From Thermodesulfobacteriota bacterium (GTDB lineage Bacteria; Desulfobacterota_D; UBA1144; Nemesobacterales; UBA2774), in contig OZ244197.1 of NCBI GenBank assembly GCA_965216785.1, positions 256,001 to 320,000 on the forward strand: a stretch of 64,000 nucleotides of DNA, written 5' to 3'. The position numbers and the translations under genes were made by a program. Below, one piece after another: positions 18,786-27,684 of this stretch (positions are counted from its first letter, which is position 1; each line of letters opens with the position of its first letter). The notes under the pieces were generated by a model. The model had not been told where the DNA came from, searched no databases, and saw nothing but the letters and a program-made list of their open reading frames with translations.

Positions 18786-19853
18786 ATGACAACTAATCAA
18801 TTAGACGCAACAATGCAGGAAGCGGAGAAATTAAGGGATAAACTAAGCAAGGTAATAGAGCTTACAGTGACAGATCCGCCTGATGTCAAGATCGGAACAA
18901 CTCCCCATGACGTCGTATTTACGGAGAACAAACTCCGTCTGCTTCATTACCGACCGGTAGTGAAAAACCCAACGGCAACTCCTCTGGTAATGATTTTCGC
19001 GCTCATCAACCGTCCATCCATACTTGACCTTAAACCCGGAAGAAGTGTAGTCGAAGTACTTCTCAATAAAGGTATAGATCTTTATTTAATTGACTGGGGA
19101 GCTCCGGGGGATGAGGACAAGAACCTGGACATGGATCACTATATAAACAGATACATAAAGAAAGTCGTCGAGAAGGTGAAGAGAATTTCCGGATCCGATA
19201 AGGTCAGCATTCTGGGTTATTGCATGGGCGGCACTATGTCTGCTATATATACGGCGCTTTACCCCGAAGATGTAAAGAACCTGATTCTACTCACAGCCGG
19301 AATAGACTATAAAGTTGACGGGACACTCGCTCTATGGGGAGATAAAGAGAACTTTAATGTAGATAAGTTCGTGGATGCCCACGGCAACGTTCCGCCCGAG
19401 TTTTTACAGTCGGGATTCCTGTTTTTAAAACCTGTAGAAAACATGATCTCTAAGTATGTGAATTTTTATGAGAACGTAGAGAATGAGGCTTTTGTTGACA
19501 ACTTTCTCGCAATGGAGAAATGGCTTAACGATAACATTGCGGTCCCGGGAGAAGTGTTCAGAGAATTCATAAAATATCTTTACCAGGAAAACCAGCTCGT
19601 TGAAAATAAGCTAGAAGTAAACGGTAAGCTGGTAGAGCTAAAAAATATTAAATGCTCTGTAATGAATCTAATTGCGGAGCGCGACCATCTAGTGCCGCCT
19701 GAATCGAGCATTGGCTTCAATGATCTAATATCTAGTAAAGATAAAGAGACCATTGTTTTCCCCTCAGGGCATATTGGGCTTTCGGTTAGCAGTAAGTCCT
19801 TAAAAGGTCTCTGGCCTGATGTAGCCGATTGGATAATAAAAAGATCAAAGTAA
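18786..19853 (+). CDS. phaC: Poly(3-hydroxyalkanoate) synthase PhaC, class III/IV size
   Basis: 355 aa; GTTPHDVV, ALINRPSILDL, YLIDWG, lipase box GYCMGG, catalytic Asp (ERDHLVP) and His (GHIG). Confidence 0.95.
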   Translation: MTTNQLDATMQEAEKLRDKLSKVIELTVTDPPDVKIGTTPHDVVFTENKLRLLHYRPVVKNPTATPLVMIFALINRPSILDLKPGRSVVEVLLNKGIDLYLIDWGAPGDEDKNLDMDHYINRYIKKVVEKVKRISGSDKVSILGYCMGGTMSAIYTALYPEDVKNLILLTAGIDYKVDGTLALWGDKENFNVDKFVDAHGNVPPEFLQSGFLFLKPVENMISKYVNFYENVENEAFVDNFLAMEKWLNDNIAVPGEVFREFIKYLYQENQLVENKLEVNGKLVELKNIKCSVMNLIAERDHLVPPESSIGFNDLISSKDKETIVFPSGHIGLSVSSKSLKGLWPDVADWIIKRSK

Positions 19854-19884
19854 AAATTCGGTTTTAAAACTTATAGTGGGATGA

Positions 19885-19929
19885 CCGTGTTTGTGAACCC
19901 TCCTTTACACAGAAGAGCCACAAACACGG
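19885..19929. terminator. Inverted repeat between convergent phaC and the phaB-like gene
   Basis: Perfect 11-bp arms CCGTGTTTGTG / CACAAACACGG. Confidence 0.6.
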
Positions 19930-19942
19930 AATAATCTTATTT

Positions 19943-20698
19943 TTAAATGTAGTTTCCGCCGTTAATCCTGAGAGTAACACCGGTAATCCAGCTTGCGGCT
20001 GGAGAGCAAAGATATACAGTGGCTAGAGCAATTTCCTCAGGAGTTCCAAACCTTCCTAGTGGAATATCTTTCTTGATAGTCTCTCTTATGTCTGCAGGTA
20101 CTGTGCCCAGCATGTCTGTCTCCACAAACCCCGGAGCAATCGCGTTTACGCGGACATTGCTTGCGGCAAGCTCTCTTGCCATAGTTTTTGTAAAACCGAT
20201 TATGCCCGCCTTTGTAGACGCATAGTTAGCCTGCCCGATATTCCCCATTTCACCGATAACCGAGGATACGGAAACAATTACCCCACCCTCTTTAGATAGT
20301 GGGTCTATAACTGCTTTCGTACAATTAAAAACGCTCGAAAGATTGGTGTGTATAACTTCCTCCCACTGCTCGTATGTCATCCTTTTTAACATGCGGTCTC
20401 TGTTGACTCCAGCATTATTTATAAGGATATCGACTTTCCCGAAATGGTTCATTGCAGCTTTGCCGATATTCTGAGCCTGCTGGAAATTCCCGACGTTGGC
20501 CCTAACCGTAATGCATTTCCTGCCGAGTTTCTCAATCTCTTTTTTGACTTTATCGGCTTCCTTATCGCTTCTTGAGTAATTAAGTAATATGTCTGCGCCC
20601 GCTTCGGCTAAACCAAGAGCTATTGCTTTCCCTATGCCTCTTGACCCGCCTGTCACGACAGCAACCTTACCGCTCAAATCGTACATTTGCTCTAACAT
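19943..20698 (-). CDS. Acetoacetyl-CoA / 3-oxoacyl reductase (PhaB/FabG-like SDR)
   Basis: TGGSRGIG, NNAG, GNIGQANYASTK and APGFVETDM motifs; adjacent to phaC. Confidence 0.85.
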   Translation of the reverse strand: MLEQMYDLSGKVAVVTGGSRGIGKAIALGLAEAGADILLNYSRSDKEADKVKKEIEKLGRKCITVRANVGNFQQAQNIGKAAMNHFGKVDILINNAGVNRDRMLKRMTYEQWEEVIHTNLSSVFNCTKAVIDPLSKEGGVIVSVSSVIGEMGNIGQANYASTKAGIIGFTKTMARELAASNVRVNAIAPGFVETDMLGTVPADIRETIKKDIPLGRFGTPEEIALATVYLCSPAASWITGVTLRINGGNYI

Positions 20699-20755
20699 GT
20701 ATAATTGCCTCCCGGAGGCTGTAAGTTACTTGCCTCATTAAATTAGGTTTAATTG

Positions 20756-20783
20756 ATTTTATTCCTATTTGCTTTTTTGTCAA
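20756..20783 (-). promoter_or_regulatory. Sigma70-type promoter of the phaB-like gene
   Basis: Minus strand TTGACA-N16-TAAAAT. Confidence 0.55.
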
Positions 20784-20845
20784 ATAGACTGTGGGCGCGC
20801 AAAGTTAATGCATGTAAGATACCGTAATTAAAAACTAATTGGGCA

Positions 20846-20876
20846 ACCCGGCATTCTAGGGAACTAAATGCCGGGT
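20846..20876. terminator. Hairpin downstream of the crotonase gene
   Basis: Perfect 10-bp arms ACCCGGCATT / AATGCCGGGT; no clear U-tract. Confidence 0.5.
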
Positions 20877-20948
20877 AGTGGATAGAATCTTATTTTTGAA
20901 TTATCCTCTTAGACTCTGAGAGCATAGTAAGTTCAGAGCAGGTCACTA

Positions 20949-21734
20949 TTACTCTCCTGTGAAAGAAGGCTCTCTCTTTTCGAGGAACGACTGCATGCCC
21001 TCGACCCGATCTGCCGAGTCAAAACAAAGGGACACGAGAGTCTTTTCAAGAAGAAGCGCTTTTTGGAGGTCCATTTCAGAGCCCGCATTAATTGCGGTCT
21101 TTGATAGTCTTACCGCCAGAGGCCCCCTCTTAGCTATCGAGCCCGCAAGTGCGAGCGCCTCTGCCATGATATCGTCGTGCGGTACTATTTTTTCTACGAG
21201 ACCTATGCGAAGAGCCTCCTCGGCGCCTACCATCTCCCCCGTAAACACAAGCTCCTTGGTCTTTCCGAGCCCGAGTACCCTGGTGATCCTCTGAGTGCCT
21301 CCCCAGCCCGGAAATATCCCCAGCTTAACCTCGGGGAAACCCATCTTTGCTTTTTCAGACGCGATACGTATATCACAGGCAAGCGCCAGCTCACAGCCCC
21401 CGCCCAGGGCATAGCCGTTCACAGCGGCAATAGACGGGCATGGATCGTCTTCCAAAAGCGCGTAAACCTTGTGTGCATAGTCCACATAGTGCTTAAACTC
21501 TTTTGTGCTCATACTATTCATCTGCGCTATATCAGCGCCTGCGACAAAGGCTTTGTCTCCCGCGCCAGTAACTATTAACGCTTTAAGATCTTCTTCCGGA
21601 AGCGCCTCTTCAAAAAACTTCCCGAGCTCTTTTAATGTTTCCCAATTAAGAGCATTCAGCACTTTGGGGCGGTTTATGCTTAAAACCCCGATTCCGTCTT
21701 CTTTTTTTTCATAAGTAATATTTTCAAATGACAT
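20949..21734 (-). CDS. Enoyl-CoA hydratase (crotonase)
   Basis: NRPKVLNAL, FVAGADI, NGYALGGGCELALACD and PEVKLGIFPGWGGTQR; both catalytic Glu present. Confidence 0.93.
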   Translation of the reverse strand: MSFENITYEKKEDGIGVLSINRPKVLNALNWETLKELGKFFEEALPEEDLKALIVTGAGDKAFVAGADIAQMNSMSTKEFKHYVDYAHKVYALLEDDPCPSIAAVNGYALGGGCELALACDIRIASEKAKMGFPEVKLGIFPGWGGTQRITRVLGLGKTKELVFTGEMVGAEEALRIGLVEKIVPHDDIMAEALALAGSIAKRGPLAVRLSKTAINAGSEMDLQKALLLEKTLVSLCFDSADRVEGMQSFLEKREPSFTGE

Positions 21735-21972
21735 TTCACGCCTCCTGTCCCGTTTGATAAGATATTAATACAGGGTCAGAGGGGCTTGTCAACGGGTTTT
21801 CTTAGCAGATGCGAAATGAGCTTCTAAATCGTTATCAGGTTCTAATTCACTCCGCCTCATAAATTCGGACGCGTAAATAATAAAGTGGCGACTGGATAAA
21901 AAATCGGTTAATATTTTCCACGTTGCTGAATTTATTTCTAAGCTACAATCCCTAAACATTACGGAGGTTAGT

Positions 21973-22431
21973 ATGTCTATAAGCAGGACGAACGTATTAT
22001 CAATATCATCATTCATGCTTGTTCTGATGATGCTATTTGTAGGCTTCACAATATCCGCAAGCTCAAAGGAGGACAAAAAGGTGTCCGAAACACAGAAAAC
22101 AGATTCAGGTCTGCAGTACATAGTTATTGAAGAAGGTACCGGAGATAAAGCCGTTACCGGTAAAAAAGTAAAAGTCCACTACACAGGAAAGCTGGAGGAC
22201 GGGACAGAGTTTGACAGCTCCATTAAAAGAGGAGAGCCCATAGAGTTCACACTTGGCATTGGACAGGTTATAAAGGGGTGGGACGAGGGGATTGCCCTTA
22301 TGAACGTAGGAGATAAATATCAGCTGATAATCCCGCCCGAGCTTGGTTACGGCGCTGCCGGAGCCGGCAATGTCATACCACCGAACTCAGTGCTCATATT
22401 TGACGTTGAGCTCGTTGAAGTGGAGAAATAG
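21973..22431 (+). CDS. FKBP-type peptidyl-prolyl cis-trans isomerase with signal peptide
   Basis: SGLQY, VHYTGKL, FDSS, VIKGWDEG, IPPELGYG and LIFDVEL motifs. Confidence 0.95.
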   Translation: MSISRTNVLSISSFMLVLMMLFVGFTISASSKEDKKVSETQKTDSGLQYIVIEEGTGDKAVTGKKVKVHYTGKLEDGTEFDSSIKRGEPIEFTLGIGQVIKGWDEGIALMNVGDKYQLIIPPELGYGAAGAGNVIPPNSVLIFDVELVEVEK

Positions 22432-22441
22432 TAAAATCAGG

Positions 22442-22486
22442 AGCGCACATAACGGGTCGGATAACCATACCGGCCCTGCGCTTTTA
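22442..22486 (+). terminator. Probable intrinsic terminator after the FKBP gene
   Basis: AGCGCA..GGGTCGG pairs with CCGGCCC-TGCGCT and is followed by a short T run. Confidence 0.5.
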
Positions 22487-22505
22487 CTTACAGAGCCATA
22501 AAATA

Positions 22506-23117
22506 ATGAACTATCTTGCTCATCTTTACCTGGCAGAGGATTCGGACGAGTCGAGGCTCGGGAACCTGTTGGGCGACTTTGTTAAAGGCCCTGTCGCTGC
22601 ATCTCCTTATAGCCAGGGGATCAGAGAGGGTATTAGAACTCACAGATTAGTTGATAGATTCACCGATTCGCACCAAAAGTTCCTCGAATCCAAAAAACTT
22701 ATCAGCCCCGATAGAAGAAGGTTCGCAGGTGTAATTCTAGACCTTTCATTCGACCACTTTCTGGCCAAGAACTGGGAGTCTTATTCAGACTCCGAGCTAA
22801 GCTCCTTTACTCAGGGCGTATACGAGATGCTCCGAGATAACAGATCCATACTCCCGGTAAAGCTCGCGTCATTTCTACCGCGGATGATTCATGAGGACTG
22901 GCTCGGCTCATACGAGAAACTAGAGGGGATCTCACTCGTAATCGAGAGGATATCTAACAGGCTCGAGAGAAAATTCGGGAGAAAAAACACCCTTCACGGA
23001 GCGGCACGGGAGATAGAGAAAAACTACCAGGAGCTTGAACGCAATTTCGAAGAATTCTTCCCGGATGTAATAGAGTTTGTTGATAATTACCGCGATACAG
23101 CCACTAACCCCTCCTAG
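22506..23117 (+). CDS. acpH: ACP phosphodiesterase AcpH
   Basis: MNYLAHLYLA, GNLLGDFVKG, HRLVDRFTDSH and DHFLA motifs. Confidence 0.9.
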   Translation: MNYLAHLYLAEDSDESRLGNLLGDFVKGPVAASPYSQGIREGIRTHRLVDRFTDSHQKFLESKKLISPDRRRFAGVILDLSFDHFLAKNWESYSDSELSSFTQGVYEMLRDNRSILPVKLASFLPRMIHEDWLGSYEKLEGISLVIERISNRLERKFGRKNTLHGAAREIEKNYQELERNFEEFFPDVIEFVDNYRDTATNPS

Positions 23118-24203
23118 CTACCTGCGGCTGATCTGGCTTCCAACTAAAGAAACGGCTTTATCCCAAGAGCTGTTAAAATCAGATATTCCTACAAAATCAG
23201 GCCAATTTAATTCTTTGTGCTCCTCTATATATCTGAAAAGCTCTACTTGTCTCGGGGATAAAAAAGTATCGGGCGACTGAAAACTCCCGATTGCCGCGTT
23301 CACCCGGGCAAGCTGTAGATTTGTCATCGGCACGTGGCGGTATAAAGTACGTGACAAATAGTACTTCGGACTGCTGTCAGCTCTGAATGTGCCGAGCTCT
23401 GAAATATGGCCCTCCCCCGCAATCTCTTTCGCAGCTGCGCTCTGCTCGGCGTTAACCGTAAAAATATGACTCGCGACATTATTTAATCTCGCTTTTTTAA
23501 GTAGATCCTCATATGAGATAACCCCGGGATTAAACTCAAGCTCTACGACTTCATACCCTCCCATAAAACCTGGCTTTGTAGATATAACCCCTTTGACGTT
23601 AGCGAGCTTCCCCTCCCCAACCCAAAAACAGTGCATAGCGAATACGGCCCTTTCTTTAGTCCCCGAATTAACGTTTAACTCCTGTGCCAAGAGACTCAGA
23701 TACTGAGGAACTTTCCGATTGGAAGCGTTAAGAGCCGACACCATGGCGTTTACCAATCCCGCCTTCGTATAATTACCGCTCAATCTGGGCGTAAGCTCTA
23801 TACGCTCAGGTGTAATGATCCTTACAACAGGGTTATTCCAAGAGGGTTCGCCAAATGATTTGAGCACCTTAGCATCTTCCCCGTCTTTATTGTTATATAT
23901 CGCGACAGGAACGAACAGCGTTTCAATCGCCTCGACTATGAGAGGGTGGCTCAACACATTTTTCCCATATCCAGACGAAGTGCTGCACCCGGGGACTTCC
24001 TGAAAGAGAACCAGTAGCGGCTTTTCCCGACTCTTTGCTAACTTTACACCATTGTCAAAATTCCTTATCCACTCCACCTGTCCGAGCACCATGGGCTTTG
24101 TGCTGTCAGGCATTTGCAAATCCTGGGAATGTACTCTAGCACTTAAAAATAAAGTCATAGTCAGCAGCAACGCTAGGCTAAGCAAGTAAGTAGATATATT
24201 CAC
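23118..24203 (-). CDS. Exported thioredoxin-like protein of the VPG(C/U)xxT type fused to an MsrA-like domain
   Basis: Signal peptide; LFQEVPGCSTS, LSHPLIVEAIE and EPSWNNPVVR in the first domain; FAMHCFWVGE..EVVELEFNPGVISYEDLL in the second. Confidence 0.75.
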   Translation of the reverse strand: MNISTYLLSLALLLTMTLFLSARVHSQDLQMPDSTKPMVLGQVEWIRNFDNGVKLAKSREKPLLVLFQEVPGCSTSSGYGKNVLSHPLIVEAIETLFVPVAIYNNKDGEDAKVLKSFGEPSWNNPVVRIITPERIELTPRLSGNYTKAGLVNAMVSALNASNRKVPQYLSLLAQELNVNSGTKERAVFAMHCFWVGEGKLANVKGVISTKPGFMGGYEVVELEFNPGVISYEDLLKKARLNNVASHIFTVNAEQSAAAKEIAGEGHISELGTFRADSSPKYYLSRTLYRHVPMTNLQLARVNAAIGSFQSPDTFLSPRQVELFRYIEEHKELNWPDFVGISDFNSSWDKAVSLVGSQISRR

Positions 24204-24377
24204 AAGATCACCTCTTAACGTAAAAGTTTATGTTTCGTACTAATGATTAGATTATCAGGTCTTAAAAAAGTCGCTTAACCTGATAAATAGAAGAATTTTC
24301 ATAAGCAAAAAATTTTTCGACCTATACGGCAATAAAGGCATTATAATTAAGTCAAATTCACTTTACACGTATTTTTT

Positions 24378-24581
24378 ATGAGTAATTCAGAGTCAGACAA
24401 GAAGCAGTTAAAGAATATATTTGAAGAATCACTCAAGGAAATCTCCTCTGAGGGAACGGACGAGTTCCGCCGTGCGGTAACTGAGGTATTGGATGAGAAG
24501 AAACCCGCAGGAGAAGTGAAGAAGGATGAGCCGGTTAAGAAAGAACAAAAACCCGGTGGCCTAAACACATCCAAAATATAA
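24378..24581 (+). CDS. Small charged hypothetical protein
   Basis: 67-aa ORF filling an intergenic gap, with TATAAT upstream; no SD and no recognisable family. Confidence 0.45.
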   Translation: MSNSESDKKQLKNIFEESLKEISSEGTDEFRRAVTEVLDEKKPAGEVKKDEPVKKEQKPGGLNTSKI

Positions 24582-24688
24582 AACTGAGATAGAAAACAAG
24601 TAATAACCGCCCTATATAAGATTGAAACCCTTCCTAAGTTGATATAGTATTTATACGATTTAAATTCTCCCTTAAACAAAATGCTCAA

Positions 24689-25060
24689 TTGAATAAGAAA
24701 AAGTTTGAAGAACTTGTAGAGAAGGCGTATGACAGAATCCCTGAAGAGTACAGGGATAAGATAGAAAACGTTGTTATCACTGTAGAAGACTACCCAACAA
24801 AAGAAGACCTGGAGAAGTTGGAGATAAGGGGAAAGGGCCTGTTATTGGGACTATACCGCGGCACCCCGCTCCCGCAAAGGAGCATATGGCAAGGCGTAAG
24901 AACGCCTGACGAGATAGTGCTTTTTCAAAAGGATATAGAGAGAGTATGCCGAAATGATAAAGAAATTGAAGAAAGAGTTGACGAAGTATTAAAACACGAG
25001 ATAGCCCATTACTTTGGACTTTCAGATGATGAAATCTACGAGCTTATGGGAAGACACTGA
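24689..25060 (+). CDS. Zincin-like metallopeptidase (DUF1025-type)
   Basis: LLGLYRGTPL, PDEIVLFQ and HEIAHYFGLSDD motifs. Confidence 0.88.
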   Translation: MNKKKFEELVEKAYDRIPEEYRDKIENVVITVEDYPTKEDLEKLEIRGKGLLLGLYRGTPLPQRSIWQGVRTPDEIVLFQKDIERVCRNDKEIEERVDEVLKHEIAHYFGLSDDEIYELMGRH

Positions 25061-25085
25061 TTCGGGTTTGATCGACTAAAACGCT

Positions 25086-25967
25086 ATGAGCAACCAGGAT
25101 ACCAATACACCAAGCAGATCTGCCATACTTCTTATCCACTGCCCTGACCGTCAGGGGCTGGTCGCGGCGATTACGGAGTTTATATATAAGAACGAGGGCA
25201 ACATTATATTCCTCGAACAGCACGTGGACTCGGACCAGGAAATTTTCTTCATGCGCGTAGAGTGGGACTTAGCTACGTTCAGCGTCCCGTCTGAAAAGAT
25301 AGGGGAGTATTTCCAGACGCTGATCGCTGAGAAATATAATATGAAATGGACCCTCTACTTCTCAGACTACACGCCCCGGATGGCGATCTTCGTATCTAAG
25401 CTCTCTCACTGCCTCTACGACATACTATCCAGAATTCAGGCTGAAGAATGGAATGTAGAGGTGCCGCTAATTGTAAGCAACCACGCCGAGCTTGAAGAGG
25501 CGGCACAAAAATTCGGGATTGATTTTCATGTTACCCCTAACGTAAAAGAAGACAAGCAGAAAGCCGAGAAAGAGCAGCTCGCGCTACTGGAGAAATACAA
25601 TATCGATTTTGTAGTGCTGGCAAGGTATATGCAAATACTAAGCGACAACTTCGTAAGCCACTACCCGAATAAAATAATAAATATCCACCACTCCTTCCTT
25701 CCCGCTTTCCCCGGAGCAAGGCCATACCATTCGGCTTACGAGAGAGGGGTAAAGATTATAGGGGCTACGAGCCACTACGTTACACCCGAGCTTGACGCGG
25801 GACCGATAATAGAGCAAAGCGTCGTCGGTGTTTCTCATAAAGACAGCGTGGAAGACCTGATAAGAAAAGGAAGGGACCTTGAAAAAGCAGTCCTATCTAA
25901 AGCAATCTGGTACCACCTGGAACGTAAAATACTGGTCTACGGCAACAGGACCCTTATATTCGACTGA
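25086..25967 (+). CDS. purU: Formyltetrahydrofolate deformylase
   Basis: CPDRQGLVA, VLARYMQILS, INIHHSFLPAF and GVKIIGATSHYV motifs. Confidence 0.97.
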   Translation: MSNQDTNTPSRSAILLIHCPDRQGLVAAITEFIYKNEGNIIFLEQHVDSDQEIFFMRVEWDLATFSVPSEKIGEYFQTLIAEKYNMKWTLYFSDYTPRMAIFVSKLSHCLYDILSRIQAEEWNVEVPLIVSNHAELEEAAQKFGIDFHVTPNVKEDKQKAEKEQLALLEKYNIDFVVLARYMQILSDNFVSHYPNKIINIHHSFLPAFPGARPYHSAYERGVKIIGATSHYVTPELDAGPIIEQSVVGVSHKDSVEDLIRKGRDLEKAVLSKAIWYHLERKILVYGNRTLIFD

Positions 25968-25991
25968 GAAAGTAAGTACTATTCTTTCTGA

Positions 25992-26558
25992 ATGTATATG
26001 AGAACTACATCCGCCCTTTGTAAATTGAAACTGATCATTACCTGCGTGACGTTACTGCTGCTCACACATTTCGCCCGGGCTGAATTATATGAATGCAGGG
26101 ACGAAGAGGGAACGGTGACCCACCACAGCAGAGTCCATTGCCCCGAAGGGTACAGCGGTACCCTTATTCAAGATGACGGCTCATCAAACTCCGCCCCCAA
26201 GTCATATTCGAACAATAATGTCGGTAAGAATCAAGATAATGTCGAGGTTATTAGTGAGGGGAGATTGGTAGACCTAATCGACCATATAGACTATGGGAAA
26301 TACACAGTGTTTTTATTCTATGCGGACTGGTGCGCGCCGTGCAAAACCATAAAGCCCGAGCTTGAGAAGAGCGCCCGAGGTAATAATACTTTTGCCCTTA
26401 AGGAATTAAATGTCTTAAACTGGGAAAATCCGCTCGTCACATATTACAACCTGGCGGGACTCCCTTACTTTATCGTATACGGACCAAAGGGAGAGTTTGT
26501 CGAGAGAGGTCCGGTATTGTCTAAAGATATAAAGGCAAAATTAACCGGCGCAAACTAA
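25992..26558 (+). CDS. Exported DUF4124-like / thioredoxin-domain protein
   Basis: Signal peptide, LYECRDEEGTVT..CP module, FYADWCAPC active site and cis-Pro (GLPYF). Confidence 0.75.
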   Translation: MYMRTTSALCKLKLIITCVTLLLLTHFARAELYECRDEEGTVTHHSRVHCPEGYSGTLIQDDGSSNSAPKSYSNNNVGKNQDNVEVISEGRLVDLIDHIDYGKYTVFLFYADWCAPCKTIKPELEKSARGNNTFALKELNVLNWENPLVTYYNLAGLPYFIVYGPKGEFVERGPVLSKDIKAKLTGAN

Positions 26559-26578
26559 ACTCACTCTGCGAGACGCAA

Positions 26579-27214
26579 ATGAAATTCCTATCCGAGTTGG
26601 GAAACTTAAAGAATTTTTGCATACGCTACTACCAAGAAATTATAGTAATATCGTTTTCAACTTTATTCATAATCCTCCACCACCATCACAGGATCGGTAG
26701 TTTCTGGCTGAGCGCCTTGATATACTTCGGGGTCTTCCCGATACTGACGATTCTGATTTTACTCCGTAAGAACCCGCTTAATTTCGGTCTCAGGATTGGT
26801 GACTACAGAGTTTGGATACCATACGTCGTTATATTTCTAGTAATAGCCATACCCGTCCTGTATTTCACCTCCGAGGTTTCCTCCGTAGAGAGGTATTACC
26901 GTCATAGGGGCGATTTCGATCTAATTGGATATGCGCTTACAATGGCGGTCTATATGCTCGGATGGGAGTTTTTGTTCCGGGGTTTTATGCTGTTCGGCCT
27001 TAAAGACAGATTCAGGGAAGGGAGCATAGTGATACAGATGATCCCGTTCGTGCTCCTTCATCTCGGGAAGCCCGAGATAGAGACCATCAGCACCATTTTT
27101 ACGGGGCTACTGTGGGGATATATATGCTACCGCGGGAATTCCTTTTGGCCGGCGTATATTATGCACGTGGTAGTAAACGTGTCGAACAAGGCGTTTGTTC
27201 TGGGATTGGTATAG
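26579..27214 (+). CDS. CPBP (Abi/CAAX) intramembrane glutamic endopeptidase
   Basis: WEFLFRG, FVLLH and HVVVN motifs; multiple TM helices. Confidence 0.88.
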   Translation: MKFLSELGNLKNFCIRYYQEIIVISFSTLFIILHHHHRIGSFWLSALIYFGVFPILTILILLRKNPLNFGLRIGDYRVWIPYVVIFLVIAIPVLYFTSEVSSVERYYRHRGDFDLIGYALTMAVYMLGWEFLFRGFMLFGLKDRFREGSIVIQMIPFVLLHLGKPEIETISTIFTGLLWGYICYRGNSFWPAYIMHVVVNVSNKAFVLGLV

Positions 27215-27673
27215 TTAGCGGTACTCGGCAATTTCTAAAAGCACGCCGTCAGGGTCGTGAAAGTAGCAAAGAGTTTTACGAACGGGGTTTTGGGCCATAA
27301 GAGTGGCAGGAACCGCTATGGGCTCGCTCAGGAGTTTTACTCCGGCAGCCTTTAGCTTCTCAGAAGCAGCTTGAATATCATCGACTCTAAAAGCTATATG
27401 CCGTAGCCCGATTGTATTTGCCAGGGAATTTACGGGAACCTGATCACCGGTAGGAGATTTATAACATAGAAGCTCGATCTTGGGCTCTTCTTCGGGAGCT
27501 ACAATGAATACCACGTCCGCAGCCACCCCCTTAAGCCCTACTATGTCCTCTATCCACTCCCCTTCCAGATGGACTCTGTTTATTTCCTTAAAACCCAGAA
27601 GCTCTGTATAAAACTTTACTGACCTCTCAAGGTCTGAGACTACTATGTTTATGTGGTCGATTGCGCTTATCAT
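27215..27673 (-). CDS. VOC / glyoxalase family protein
   Basis: DHINIVVSDLERS..FY, IELL, GLRHIAFRVDD and DPDGVLLE motifs. Confidence 0.9.
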   Translation of the reverse strand: MISAIDHINIVVSDLERSVKFYTELLGFKEINRVHLEGEWIEDIVGLKGVAADVVFIVAPEEEPKIELLCYKSPTGDQVPVNSLANTIGLRHIAFRVDDIQAASEKLKAAGVKLLSEPIAVPATLMAQNPVRKTLCYFHDPDGVLLEIAEYR

Positions 27674-27684
27674 GTCTGAAAACT

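Noticed and set aside
23965-24005. Possible selenocysteine in the VPG(U/C) protein
   Set aside because: The codon is TGC and the ORF is uninterrupted. I saw no convincing in-frame TGA readthrough elsewhere.
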